Source: Octopus bimaculoides (Eukaryota). From it: a stretch of 64,000 nucleotides of DNA. The translations under genes were made by a program, and so were the position numbers. This document shows positions 52,287 through 64,000 of this stretch, one piece after another. The DNA lies in contig NC_068985.1 in assembly GCF_001194135.2 (NCBI RefSeq), positions 36,425,838 through 36,489,837 of the forward strand, given 5' to 3'. Numbering within the stretch: position 1 is the first letter of the stretch; each line of letters begins with the position of its first letter. The notes beneath the pieces were generated by a model, which saw only the letters and a list, made by a program, of their open reading frames with translations, made no database searches and was not told where the DNA came from.

Positions 52287-52630
52287 ATAGATGTTGCAGA
52301 TGTTGCAATACCAGGCGATTCGAATGTAAAATGTAAAGAAACAGAAAAGATGGAGAAATACCAGCCACTGCAGGACGAGATTGGAAAGTTATGGGGCATA
52401 AGGAAAGTAATGATGATACCGGTGGTAACTGGAGCATTAGGAGCAGTTTCCAAGGGCTTTGAAAAACATATTAAGAATACTGGAGCTGCTGTCAGGCTCG
52501 AAGTGATCCAGAAGACAGCATTGTTGGGTACAGCTCGCATTCTAAGGAGAGTATTGTCCCTTTGAGTCACAGGAGAAGGCACTACTTGAAACCTTTGGTA
52601 ATTTGTTATTGCCTGCTTTCAAGTAAAGAA
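52287..52630 (+). mobile_element. R4/Dong-like 3' fragment
   Basis: IDVA(DVA)IPGDSNVKCKETEKMEKYQPLQDEIGKLW...IPVVTGALG...IQKTALLGTARILRRVLSL*, preceded by (TAA)n. Confidence 0.85.
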
Positions 52631-52654
52631 TAATCGGTAATTAAGAACTATCCG

Positions 52655-52976
52655 AGGGAAACTTTCAAAATACAAAGACCTGGAAATAGAGGTAACTCGA
52701 ATGTGGAATCTAAAAACAGAAACAATTCCTATCATAGTAGGCGCCTTAGGTATAATAAAAAAATATTCAGACAAATACATAACAAAAACACCAGGACTTA
52801 CAAATATATATAACATACAGAAAATTGCACTACTGGGCACTGCACACATCCTACGCAAAACACTTTCAATACAGTAACCATAAGAGCATCACAGCAAACC
52901 ACAGCACATACCCAAGGCACACAGAGCTGCGCTCGGTAGTGAAGTGAAAGCTCGTTATGAAAATAAAGCTACTGAA
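52655..52976 (+). mobile_element. R4/Dong-like 3' fragment (different subfamily) with (TAA)n tail
   Basis: KLSKYKDLEIEVTRMWNLKTETIPIIVGALGII...IQKIALLGTAHILRKTLSIQ* (stop 52875-52877), 3' UTR, then (AAT)n to about 53000. Confidence 0.85.
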
Positions 52977-52999
52977 TAATAATAATAATAATAATAATA

Positions 53000-54409
53000 A
53001 TTTGGAGAAGAGGGAACTAACCGATTACATCGACCCCAGTGCGCAGCTGGTACTTATTTCATCGACTCCGAAAGGATGAAACGCGAAGTCGAACACGACG
53101 GAATTCGAGTGTAAACCCGGAAGAAAAACCGCTGAGTATTTCGTCCGGCGTGCTAACGGTTCTGCCAGCTCATACATATGGGCAGCACGTTTAGCGAAGG
53201 AGTGAAATAAAACATTATATATAAGGAAAGAAATGACGGGTCCTTGTATGGAGATAACCACTTAAAGCCAACCAAGGAACTCTACAAATATAGGATTATT
53301 CTGACTACCAAGGGCAAGTGCCTCCTCTCAAATGCATTCTCCAATGTACAGGTACATGCTAGCAGTAATCCGCTATATATTTTATAGTTACTTGATATAT
53401 TCTGTTTCATTACAGGATTTGGCTGGTTGTAGTAGAAATACTGGGGTCGATTTAATCGATTATCCCTATTCACGAAGATGCTGGAGATGTGTGCATCGAC
53501 TTACAGGTACATGTTCAGAGTAGTTACAATGGGCCTATGCTCATCACACTTCCCCATATTTCGGCGAATTTACCAGCGGGTAGCATCTCGATCTCGTCCC
53601 CCACTTCTACAAGTGGTACTTGATAAAATTATAATAATGCCTTCTAATTTAGGCACGAGTCCAGCTATTTTGAGGGAAAGAGTCTTAGTTGACCCCATAG
53701 ACCCCAATATTTGATTAGTGCTTATTTTATCTACTCAGGAGGGATGAAAAATAAAGCTGACCTTGGTAGGAAAGAGCCAAAACAAATACGGCGAGGCATT
53801 TTTCCAATACTCTACATGTTCTGCCAATCCAAAGCCCTTTTGATAATAATTTCTAATCTAGGTACAAGGCCAGCAATTTTGAGGGGAGGGTTAGTCGATA
53901 CTATCGACTTCTATAATTGACTGGAACTTTATTTTATAGACCGCGGAGGGATGAAAGGCAAAGCTAGCCTCGGCAGGATTTGAACCCATAGCGTAAATGC
54001 TAAAAAAAGAGAAAAAAAAAAAAAGAATACAGCAATGCATTTTGATTGATTCTTTAACAATTCTGCCAATCCACCACAGGGCCTGAAATTTATAGAGAGC
54101 GCTCTAAAAAGACGAAAGACGTTAAGTATTGCGTCCGGTGTGCTAAAGATTCTTCCAACTGATTGCCTTAACTGCCCTTGTAATACTGATTTCAAATTTT
54201 GTCACAAGGCCAGTAATTTTGAGTGAGTGGGTAAGTTGTTTACATCACCTCCAGTGTTCAACTGGTACTTATTTTATCCTGAAAGAATGAAATGAAAGAC
54301 ACAATCGACCTCAGCGAAACTTGAACTCAGAACGTGAAGACGGATGAAATGCTAAATATTTTGCCTGGCGTGTTGACAGTTCTGCCAGCTCGTCGCCTTA
54401 ATCGCCCTT

Positions 54410-54444
<35 letters not shown>

Positions 54445-54545
54445 TTTTCCACAAGAGAAGCAATCTTGGGGAAGCAGATGTGTTCAACTGGTACTTATTT
54501 TATCGACCCCAAAAGGATTAAAGGTAAAGTCGACCTCGGCGGAAT
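53000..54545 (-). mobile_element. Run of SINE family B copies (about 53000-53170, 53645-53825, 53850-54075, 54190-54400, 54445-54545)
   Basis: Recurrent plus-strand ACTGGTACTTATTTTATCGACCCC...GGATGAAAGGCAAAG...CTCGGC...TTTGAAC motifs separated by TAA runs. Confidence 0.8.
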
Positions 54546-54965
54546 TATGTAATAATAATAATAATAATAACCACATCAATAGCCCTCTTCAAAGAGATAC
54601 ATACAAAAAAAATATTGTATGAAACTGCCCTGGGTGAACTCACTTTTATGAATGCACTGTATTATCTAGCGATATATATCCTTTGTCTACTGTTCTGATT
54701 ACATTTGCTGTCCTTCTCAGAATTGCACATACCCATGCTTAAACATATATTGGCCTTGTTATAAAACAATATGTACAACATGCCACTAATTAGTTTTTCA
54801 TAAATTAGTCATAGCTTCGATTTTTGCTAATTTATTTGACCAAGCGATAAATGTCTTCCCTTATAAGCTAATTTTGTATTTTATATCGCACGCGACTTTC
54901 ACAGCTAAACGAAATGGAATAATTGAAAACAAGGTTTTTCTATTATCCCATTTGAATTCAGGATA

Positions 54966-55173
54966 CCCTTTAGCTTTTAAACCGGCCATATTCAGCCCAA
55001 ATATTATGTCTATTTTATGTTCAAAGTGACCAGATCTGGCCTCCCACACTTACCCTGCAATGTCATTTTAAAAATAAAACAATCACATCACCAAAATCTA
55101 GAAGCTATAAGATAATGCATGATTAACTCAAAACTGTGTATATAAATAAGTATTACATCTGAATTCTAAAGGG
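54966..55173. mobile_element. piggyBac-type MITE
   Basis: Termini CCCTTTAG / CTAAAGGG; TTAA on the right flank (55174-55177), left target degraded to GATA. Confidence 0.7.
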
Positions 55174-55687
55174 TTAAGCACTGACAGAGCTCACACTGTC
55201 TTGGTTGAAGAAGAAAACAATTGCTTGTTCTCTGTAGAAGCAAAATGATCAGTACTGAGTTTCGGATTACTATTTCGTAAATCTTGAATTCATATTCCCC
55301 ACCAATATTGTTGTTGGTTTTGGACAGGCTGCTCAGTTCAAAATACCATAGTTCATCTGACTGTTGGAAGTATACACTAGTTTCACAGGAATATCACTTA
55401 CTATTCAACAGCATTCTTTTCCAGAATAAAATTTACATTTTATACCATAGAACCCGAAACTACGTACTGCCTTAAGTAGCCTCCATTTATAACTGTGAAT
55501 TCTACTCCAATCCATGACACTTAATTACAGTCAGGTGACAAGGAAATAAAGAATTAATGAACTTGGTCAGAGCACAGCTCGATACGATATCGTGTCGGTT
55601 AGCAATTAATCTCTGGATAACAGATAGCGAAAACTGAATTATATGTTTATGCACAACGAAAAAACTAATTATGAAAGATAAACTTAC

Positions 55688-55850
55688 CTCTCCAATGGTC
55701 ATTAAGAGAATGTGGAATCCGTGTTCTGGTTGAAGAACACGCAACAAAATACAAGAAAACTATGAAACAAGTTCGATAGATTTCTTTTATATTGTAACAT
55801 CGACTGCCTTCATGGCAACGGTTTGGTGATAAAACTGCGACAGAAGACAT
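55688..55850 (-). CDS. Probable first coding exon with signal-peptide-like segment (MSSVAV...YRTCFIVFLYFVACSSTRT...DHWR)
   Basis: Acceptor TTTTTTCAAG (55853), ATG 2 nt in, 54 codons plus 1 nt, G|GTAAGT donor. Phase 1 matches the giant exon 30 kb downstream; hydrophobic core at residues 27-38. Confidence 0.65.
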
Positions 55851-57660
55851 GTCTTGAAAAAATATCAAGCGAGTAAAACCCCACCAGATCTGATAAAAGA
55901 CTTAGCAATTAAGGATGTATTCCGACTAAGGCCTGAATCGATAATGATAATCTTTATATCGGTCCATTGTGTAATTGTTATCAGCTTCTGACCTTCTAAG
56001 AAGCGATGTCTTTATATATTTGTTTTAACATTATTCTGCATATGAAGAATTAATACCATGGTAGGTGAATTTTATCTCCAGATCATAAATGAGAGAAATT
56101 AACAGTGAAGATTCAGTGAAGTGAGAGTAGCAGAAAGTACATTGTGTTGTACATTAAGTTGTAAAATATGCGAGATTTAAAGATAATAGGTCTTGAGAAA
56201 CGGTTTCAATTTTGTTATACATGTCGGTTAGGAAGGGAAAGAAAACAAGGAAAATTGGTACAGAAATAATTCGGGAGAAGTAAAAGGGCTGCTAGACATG
56301 GTGAGATAAAAAAAAAATTATAGAGGAATAAGAAATACGAGTTTGAGAGATAAAAAGATATAAAAAAAGAAAGAAAGAAAAAAGAATTGAAGTAAATAGA
56401 GAAGAAATGGGAAGAAGTGCGAAAGAAAGAGAATGGTAAAAGTAAATAAATGCAAATTAATCTAAATTATGATCTATGATTTTTTTTTTAAATAACTCCC
56501 TTGGCTTTGTGTGTAAAGTTGGTATCAACATTAGCATCTTATATGGAATTAGGTTAACTGCGATAATTATAATACTGGTTTCCTAATACAGCATGCTATT
56601 CTAAGTTGTGGCGTTCCTGCGTTTTTCAGCGGTAACTGTTCAATGATTTCTTCAAAAGACATGAATGAAACGTACACGATACTCAATTATGAAACCGGAG
56701 ATTTGTAGAGAAGGGTTAATGGGAAGTTGTGGCATTCTTAACTTTTGAAATTATATTAGCGATTTATGTGAAACAGCTCCAAGTTGGGAATCGAACCCGG
56801 GTCGCAGATTTAGATTCACCGAAAACTTGTTCTATGAGTGTCTGTCATAAAAAAAAATGTCTGAACAGCTATAAATGATTTGATGCAGTTTGAATAGAAA
56901 TGTCACTCTTGCTAGATGTAGTTTGTATGTAATCCAGTAACTTTCTGTACATAATCGTCGCATTAATCGTTGAGCTTATTTTCAACTTGGATTATGGTGA
57001 TGTTTCAATTAAAATAAAATTATTAACAATAGTAACGTATATTCTATGTTGCTATTGTCTTTTATAACATTTTAGCATGAATGGTTAAAAAAAAAAAACT
57101 GGAAGACATATCATTGTTATGTTCCAAGTGAATGTTTACTCCAAATTTGATTTGTCTTCAAGTGGTTAATTATTTTCCCCGCAATTTGTTTTAATAAACG
57201 TGTATGTATTGTTCATGCAGATGGAGTGTGTGTGTGTATGCAACAGCTTGTGTATTTGTGTTTCTCATTGTAGATGTGAGACAGGTAGTAAGTGGTAATT
57301 AAATCGATGCCGACCAAATCTGATAGAGAATGTCCGGCTACCTGTTTGATGAGAAAATCAAAGAAAATTCTTGAGAAAGAATGAATGTAAGCGTGTATTC
57401 GCTGATGTGGTGAAATAAAACTGTTCAGTACAATGTAAGAAGAAAGTGTTGTCACGACTATTGCTACATCCGTTTCGCCTTGCTGACGGCGGTGGCTTCC
57501 TTGATTTGAGGAGGGAGAAGCCGTAGTAATGGGCAGAGGGGGACAGACTGGAACTGATGGTGATAGTAGTAATGATGGTAGCAGTGGTCGTAGTAGTGGT
57601 GAATACACTTTACGTACAGATTTCCCATAGTTTCTTTTTCTTTTTTAATAAGACACTTAC

Positions 57661-57760
57661 CTTCGACCTCCCCTTCCACTCTCCACAACATCTCGTATTC
57701 AAGCACACACTTACAGGTCGTATACTATGAGTAATATGTTGTGTATACAAACATCAGAAA
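57661..57760 (-). other. Candidate 5' non-coding exon end(s) of the minus-strand gene
   Basis: Two GTAAGT donors on the minus strand (57660 after GAAG; 57714). Needed because the ATG exon has an acceptor; the exon start and promoter are undefined. Confidence 0.3.
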
Positions 57761-57933
57761 ACATTATTGAATGAAATAGTTTTTTTCATTTCATCATTAT
57801 TAACAAAGAAAGAAGAAAAAAAGAAACTTATTTATACAAAAAAAAAAGCAACTCTAACACATACGAACTTTCATAGAAATATGTTGTTCACTGCACACGT
57901 ACACACACTCACAAAGATACACTCCAAAATCAT

Positions 57934-57980
<47 letters not shown>

Positions 57981-58314
57981 TAAGCGCACGAACATATATC
58001 TATGCAGAGTAGACATTCGATTACTAAATCACTTATGATGGGAAACTTAATAAGGACGACGTTTGTCTTAGAAATTCCAACAATATATTAAATTTGGAGT
58101 TCAGTTAAAAACAATCCTTTACATACGTACATACATACAAGCATACATACATACATACATACATACTATAAAGATATGTAAAACTTACCAAAAGTTTAGC
58201 ACATAAATGCATATGCATACGCCTAGACATGAAAATATATACATAAAAATGCATCCATAAAACAAACATACAAATCTGCGCATACACTAACACCAAATAC
58301 TGCACACACACGCG

Positions 58315-58363
<49 letters not shown>

Positions 58364-59029
58364 GCACAAATACCTAGATGATGTTGATAAAAGTTCCAAT
58401 GAAGGAGCCTTGAATCTATGTTAGAGTCCAGCTCTTTCTCTATGGACAAATACAGAAATGAAACTGATTGATAACATACATACATCAATTCGGTGCAAAC
58501 ATAAAAGACTTGATATTGTTCTGTATAGAACAGGGAACAAAAGTCATGCACTATTGCAGAGATCAGTTGTCTAGTGGATGTGAATGTACAATCAACAGAC
58601 CAGGAAAAAGGGAACATGTATGGCGAATTAATGCAGAACCTACAGCCCTTTTGTACTTATCATCATAGGTGCATTAGATTTTGTACCAATAAATTTGCAC
58701 AGAAACCTTGAAATCCTCGGTTTCACGGAATGAGAGCAAAAGAAACTGACGCAGATTCTCCAAATCCAATCTATTAGTGACACAATGAAGACTTGTTAGA
58801 CATTCCAAAGATTTTCTATCTGAGATTCTTTAGGCGAATAGACGCACGCCCTTGGATGTATGCATCGACAGTTCAACCAACACACCAACTCAACCACATA
58901 TTTACAAACACCGAGAATTCTCTTCACTCAAAAGTCTTGTCGCTTTGTTAGCGACTGGGTTGAACTCTCACTTGAACTCTAAGAAAAATCATATATGTAT
59001 ATATGTTTATATGCACACACACACACACG

Positions 59030-59160
59030 AGTTCGCTTTGCAGCCACGTAGCTTTGGTTTCAGTCCCACTTTAGGCAGTATCTTTTACTGGGGCCCCAGG
59101 CAGACTAATACCCAATGAGTGAATTTGGTGGACAGAAACAGAGTGAAATACAGCAGTATA
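59030..59160 (+). mobile_element. Diverged SINE family A 5' half
   Basis: GGTTTCAGTCCCACTTTAGGCA...GAGTGAATTTGGTGGACAGAAAC followed by (TA)/(TG). Confidence 0.6.
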
Positions 59161-59184
59161 TATATATATATATANNNNNNNNNN

Positions 59185-59255
<71 letters not shown>

Positions 59256-59618
59256 GTGTGTGTGTGTGCGTGCGCGCGCGCATGTATGTATGTGTGTGTA
59301 CGTGTGTAAACATGCAACGGTTAATTGTTAGCTAATCCGACTGAATTTCGACCTGCCAACTGAAAGATCCACCGTTCGAATCACCACACCCGCACTATAA
59401 TGGAGTGTAACAACTTTTAAATAAGGAGCATCCTACTGCAGGTTTTGTGTTGTCTTGCCCGAGATGGGTAGTTCTAATTCAACTAGGTATACATATTTAA
59501 GATATATGAAATAACCTGAATATTATCCGAATATTTATATGGTGAAAAAAAGTGAATGTTACTGGCCTTAGCCAATGATTTACCAAATACCAGAAAATAG
59601 ATATTTTCATAGAGAAAT

Positions 59619-59950
59619 TTTTTTTTATTCTCAAACGCGTGAGAATGCTAATAAATAGCGCGATCAGGATAAATTATCCATACATTGCAGAAAAATACGT
59701 TACCGGCCAGCCATGAGACTCGAACTCACATCCCTGTGATTACGCGTCAAGTGCTTTACTATTAAGCTAAACTGCCCAATAATTCGTTATTGGGCAGTTT
59801 AGCTTAATGGTAAAGCACTTGACGCGTAATCACAGGGATGTGAGTTCGAGTCTCATGGCTGGCCGGTAACGTATTTTTCTGCAATGTATGGATAATTTAT
59901 CCTGATCGCGCTATTTATTAGCATTATCACGCGTTTGAGAATAAAAAAAA
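59619..59950. repeat. 332-bp palindrome: 164-bp arms with 2 differences, TTCG loop at 59783-59786
   Basis: Checked base by base; differences at 59643/59926 and 59760/59809. Confidence 0.97.
59793..59864 (+). pseudogene. tRNA-Thr(CGT)-like sequence (mirror copy on minus at 59705-59776)
   Basis: Acceptor 6/7 paired, D arm GCTT/AAGC, T arm GTGAG-TTCGAGT-CTCAT, CGT at the anticodon position. Only 3 bp of anticodon stem and G in place of U33. A-box TAGCTTAATGG, B-box GTTCGAGTC, T5 at 59874-59878. Confidence 0.75.
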
Positions 59951-60899
59951 TATCATTTCCCTATCTTTCAATGCATCTCAACGCTTCTAAAACAAACCTT
60001 GTTTGTTTACTTTCATCGTAAGATATTTTCATGTTGTCGATTGTTGGCCACTGAATGTGTGTGTGTATCCATCTACTTACCAATAGATACCATTTGTAAG
60101 AATTATAATTATAAAATCTAAATAAATCATAGTTTATTTCTGATGATGGGCCTTTGTGCCTGAAATATATAAATGTTACTTAACATTCTCCTTGTGCACT
60201 TCTAGAAGCTCTCCGTCTTCATTCTTTGTTATTTTACTTCTGTATTATAATGCTGTATTATAATGCTATGACGCTCTTATTTCATAATTTACTGAATTTT
60301 CTATCCATTCAAACGAAGGATAATAAAGCAGTGAAATCTGCCTAGCCGTAAACCACTGCAACACTGTATAATTAAAGTGTGCTTAATTAGCTCGCTATGC
60401 TATTTTAAGCGCTGACATAGGATTCAACAACGGCAGCGGTAAATTGTCATGCATTCTATAAAAATATGCCATTTTTTTTACACATCATCTTGTGATGCTC
60501 CTGGACACCTGATTAGTGCGGTCATTCGCTGTTTCGGGCCTTTCAACAAATAAATATCTCCATCCTGGTAACCGAACCAAAGTTGATCAAACCCCAACCA
60601 GTCTCCATTTAATACTACGCCAGATATTACTACTCTTTCCAGGTATCATAAATGATGTAGATGAACATGTGCAGCTTTCTTGATAAGAATGACGAATTGT
60701 TTTTTCTTTTTTTAATGAAACTGACGCGGTTAATATTCCTTTTTTTGCTGTTGCACGTTGTCAGATCAGGAAAACTATAGGCAGGGAGCTAATTCCAGAA
60801 GGGGAGGAAGAATTGAGCGTAAAAATTAATGCGAGGCCGGAGTTAGTGGTGGCCACAATATATATGAACGAGAGAAGAGACAAGTGATTCAAGTGTGTT

Positions 60900-61070
60900 T
60901 GAGTGATTGTGGAATGAGACCAGCCAGATCGGAAAGAGAAGTCATATTTTTATATTGGTAGAAACAGTAGAAGGAAGAGACACAACGTCTGTGTGCCAGA
61001 TGTTGAAGAGTGTTTGTGCACGACTTTGGGGCAGGACGAGTGACTTCTGGCGAACCAGTAATGTAATAGG
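60900..61070 (+). mobile_element. Possible second Merlin-like transposase fragment
   Basis: IFILVETVEGRDTTSV...TSDFWR loosely resembles Merlin FLVxVExRDxxTL...SDCWxAY. Weak. Confidence 0.25.
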
Positions 61071-61371
61071 ATTTACAGATTTCAAACAATGAATCTTTTA
61101 AAGTCCTACATATCTCATTGTTGTTGTTTATTGAAAGCTGTGTATTGTTTTAATTTGCTTGGATATAATATCCATTGTTTATTGCCAATTTTACTAGGAT
61201 TTTGTTATTTTCGACTGGGGAAACATTAGATTTCCTTTGTTCACACATTTCATTTGTCACTTAAACAAACTCAATATGTTGAACTGATGCAAAACTATTC
61301 TAAAAGAATCATCACATTGATGTAGAGTAACAAATGTTTTTGAACATAATGTTGACACATAGCTCAGTTTT

Positions 61372-61520
61372 GTCTGTGCCGTTAAGAAGTTCGTACAAAA
61401 GTTATGTAGTTCTGGTTCAACCCCACAGCGTGGCACCTTGAGCAAAGGCTTTCTATCATAACCTCAGTGAAAACCTTGTAAGTGGAATTTGATAAACTGA
61501 AATTGTATAGAAGCCCGTAG
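61372..61520 (+). mobile_element. SINE family A 5' half
   Basis: GGTTCAACCCCACAGCGTGGCACCTTGAGCAAAGGCTTTCTATCATAACCTC. Confidence 0.7.
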
Positions 61521-62039
61521 GTTGGACTAAGGATTACAGTTAACCCAATGGATAGGATAACAATCCGTGCGCTTAACTCTCGAAACAGCTCAGTCCACCT
61601 GACTATAAATACATACCGAGTTTGATCATTCATGTTGGAAACAATAAAATCGAACTGAATTCCAGAGGGAGACAACAGTAAACAGTTTCTTGTAATGTAC
61701 CAAGAAAGCTATTTGGTTCCACAAGGCAACAGAAATCACATTTGACTTGACGGTTCTATCAAATATATATATAAGGTCTCCAATGTCTGGTGAGAGGACA
61801 GTCTTCCATAAACCGATACTTATTGTCCCCCGACGATATTTGAACTTAGAATGTTGAGGGACGAAACTAAGTGCTGCACCGCATTTTTCTCAACGTCTTT
61901 CCAATTCGGGAATCTACGCCTTTGTCTTAAATTAACTAAGACTGATATTTATTTATAAATATTTCAAAGTCTACCAGCACTTTGTCGTTTCTTCTTTATT
62001 CTTATTAGAGATATTTCTCAAATGTCTGATGCATTTGCG

Positions 62040-62365
62040 TTTCCTCCTTTCAGGGTCGATAAAATAAGTATTAGTTGAGTATTGGGGTCGATGTGATCGA
62101 CTTACTATCCCCTTAAATTTCTGGTCTGGTACCAAAATTTGAAACATTATTAAACAGCTTTGTTGGGTGGTGGATTGGTAGAATCGGTTGAGCACCGATC
62201 AAAAATGTTTTGTAGTATTCATTCCATCTCACTAAGTTCTGAGTTCAAAACCCGCGAGTTCAACTTTGCCTTTCATCCTTTCAAGACCGATAAAATAAAA
62301 CACTAGATTCCATGGGCCGACTAAATGCCTACCTTCAACTTTGCTAGTTTTGTGCTGAAAATCAT
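62040..62365 (+). mobile_element. Two SINE family B copies (about 62040-62145, 62165-62365)
   Basis: GGGTCGATAAAATAAGT...GGGGTCGATGTGATCGAC and GTTCTGAGTTCAAAACCCGCG motifs. Confidence 0.75.
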
Positions 62366-62386
62366 AAATCATTATTTAACAGCTTT

Positions 62387-62530
62387 GTGAAAGCGCGTGG
62401 CTTAGTGGTTAGTGTGTTCTGCTTACAACCATAAGGTCGTAGGTCCAGTTCGTTGTCTTTGAGTAAGACATTTCATTTCACGTTACTCCAGTTTACCTAG
62501 CTGTAAATAAGTACAGCCGGGCACTGATGC
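62387..62530 (+). mobile_element. tRNA-derived SINE with CORE-like domain
   Basis: GTGAAAGCGCGTGGCTTAGTGGTTAG (A-box) ... TCTTTGAGTAAGACATTTCATTTCACGTTACTCCAG. Confidence 0.7.
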
Positions 62531-62854
62531 AGTTCTCTTTCTCCCCGACTGTCACATCCTGGATGTGCCACTGGATGAAAGGTGAGAGTATTGAGAAGGT
62601 GTCTTTGTCAGCCCACAACTACATAGGTAGCTAAAGCAATCAGTGGAAGCTACCAAGTCATACTTGCTTGCGAGGGATGGTTGGCTGTATTATTTAACTG
62701 GTTTAAATTTTAAAAATATTGCTTGAAGTTAAATAATCAAGGAATACTATTCATAAATATGAATGAAATGCATTATTTATACTAATGTATCCAAGAAGAA
62801 AACCAACAAAAATGTCGCCTAAGTAAGTTCATATATAACGCAAAGTGGATATTA

Positions 62855-63040
62855 GGTTCAAATTTTGGCACAAAGCCAGCAATTTCAGGGGTGGTGGTAA
62901 ATCGATTACATCATCTTCAGCGTTCAACTGGTACTTATTTTAACGACCTAGAAATGATGGAAGGTAAAGTCGATCCCGGTGACATTTGAACTCAGAACGA
63001 GAAATCAGAAGAAATGCTGTAAAGGATTTTTTCTGCCACC
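62855..63040 (-). mobile_element. SINE family B
   Basis: TTTTGGCACAAAGCCAGCAATTT...ACTGGTACTTATTT...TTTGAACTCAGAACG. Confidence 0.8.
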
Positions 63041-63432
63041 TTGGACGAAAAGTAGACATTACAGGAAGTTTGTAGTCAACTTTTGATAAATGAAATATAC
63101 TTAAAGCAACGCTTTAAAAACTAATATATTGGTAAGCTAACATTAATTTCTAAAAGAGCACAGGATTTAATGTTATGGAAAAGGATATTGTAGATTTAAG
63201 CGACCCAGTACTACATGGCCTTCTCAGATATAGTCAATACATACAAAGGCTATATAAGCAGACACCACCGACAATTCTTTAGGAACAGTTTCACAACTAC
63301 TCCAACCTTGCGTCAATCACTTAGAAATCAGGCTTCCAAACAGCAAGCTTAAAGTAGCAGCTACCAAATCCGTTATCCCCCCATCTTGCATTTTCCTACA
63401 GCAATCACATATTAATATTAGCACATCCAGAA

Positions 63433-63652
63433 GGCGGCGAGCAGGCAGGATCGTTAACACGTCAGGAAAAATGCTTAGCGGCATTTAGTCCGTCTTTACG
63501 TTCTGAGTTCAAATTCCGCCGAGGTCGACTTTACCTTTCATCCTTTCAAGGCCGATAAAATAAGTACCAGTTGAGCACTGGGGTCGATGTAATCAACTTA
63601 TCACCCCCACCCCGAAACTACTGGCCGTGTTCCAAAATTTGGAATCATTATT
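63433..63652 (+). mobile_element. SINE family B, most intact copy in the window
   Basis: GGCGGCGAGCAGGCAGGATCGTTAACACG...GTTCTGAGTTCAAATTCCGCCGAGGTCGAC...GCACTGGGGTCGATGTAATC...CCAAAATTTGGAATCATTATT. Confidence 0.9.
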
Positions 63653-64000
63653 TCTAATTTAGTTTCTAATTTAGGCACAAGACTAGTAATTTTGAAAGAA
63701 AGAATTATCGATACCATCGACATCAGAACTTTATCGGTATTTTGATTTATCGACCACAGAAGTATGAAAGGCAGTTCGGTGGAATTTGAGGTTATCTTTA
63801 CCTTTTATCCTTTGGGGGGTCGATAAAATAATATACTAATTAAATACTGTGGCCAATGGTCTCGAATATTCATTCTCTACATAAAATTGCTGTTTTTGTG
63901 CCTAAACCGGAAACCATTACTTCTGCAAGTTCCGGAGAGAACTTCCGCTATGTTTCGATATTATTATGACCTCACCAGCTAAGAATAAACTTTTTCTGAA

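Noticed and set aside
55040-55060. Minus-strand G|GTAAGT donor-like site
   Set aside because: Lies inside the piggyBac-type MITE; no upstream exon.
57213-57706. ORFs of 131 aa and 80 aa near the putative 5' end
   Set aside because: Built from degenerate trinucleotide repeats; no domain or supporting splice structure.
59793-59864. Functional tRNA-Thr(CGT) gene
   Set aside because: Anticodon stem has two mismatches, U33 is replaced by G, and the acceptor stem has a G-G mismatch; kept only as tRNA-like.

Overview
AT-rich, repeat-dense eukaryotic genomic DNA with 12 N-gaps, most of them abutting microsatellites. The tRNA-derived SINE families resemble ones I associate with Octopus, so a cephalopod origin is my inference, not something demonstrated here. 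One multi-exon gene can be assembled on the minus strand with fully consistent splice phases: 55850-55688, 25682-21990, 21397-21216, 19397-19254, 19023-18817 and 17617-17286, about 1574-1580 aa. It encodes a putative signal peptide, a 1231-codon basic then Ser/Thr-rich exon, a SEA-like (KIAA1549/UPF0606-like) module carrying an RRKR furin site, one TM helix and a cytoplasmic tail. A lone RGG-rich plus-strand exon at 1313 is cut off by a gap. The rest is transposon debris: mariner, hAT, Merlin, piggyBac- and hAT-type MITEs, CR1/L2-, RTE- and R4/Dong-like LINE 3' ends, probable solo LTRs and many SINEs. The most unusual structures are: (i) a 332-bp near-perfect palindrome of two head-to-head tRNA-Thr(CGT)-like Pol III units around a TTCG loop (59619-59950); (ii) a strand-polarised (TAA)n retroelement pile-up at 49.6-54.6 kb with serial 5' restarts; (iii) a covarying 3'-UTR stem-loop in R4/Dong-like copies; (iv) a TSD-flanked insertion inside a SINE promoter region. 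No CRISPR array, rRNA or intact tRNA was seen. All protein and family assignments come from motif recognition by eye; no database search was run.
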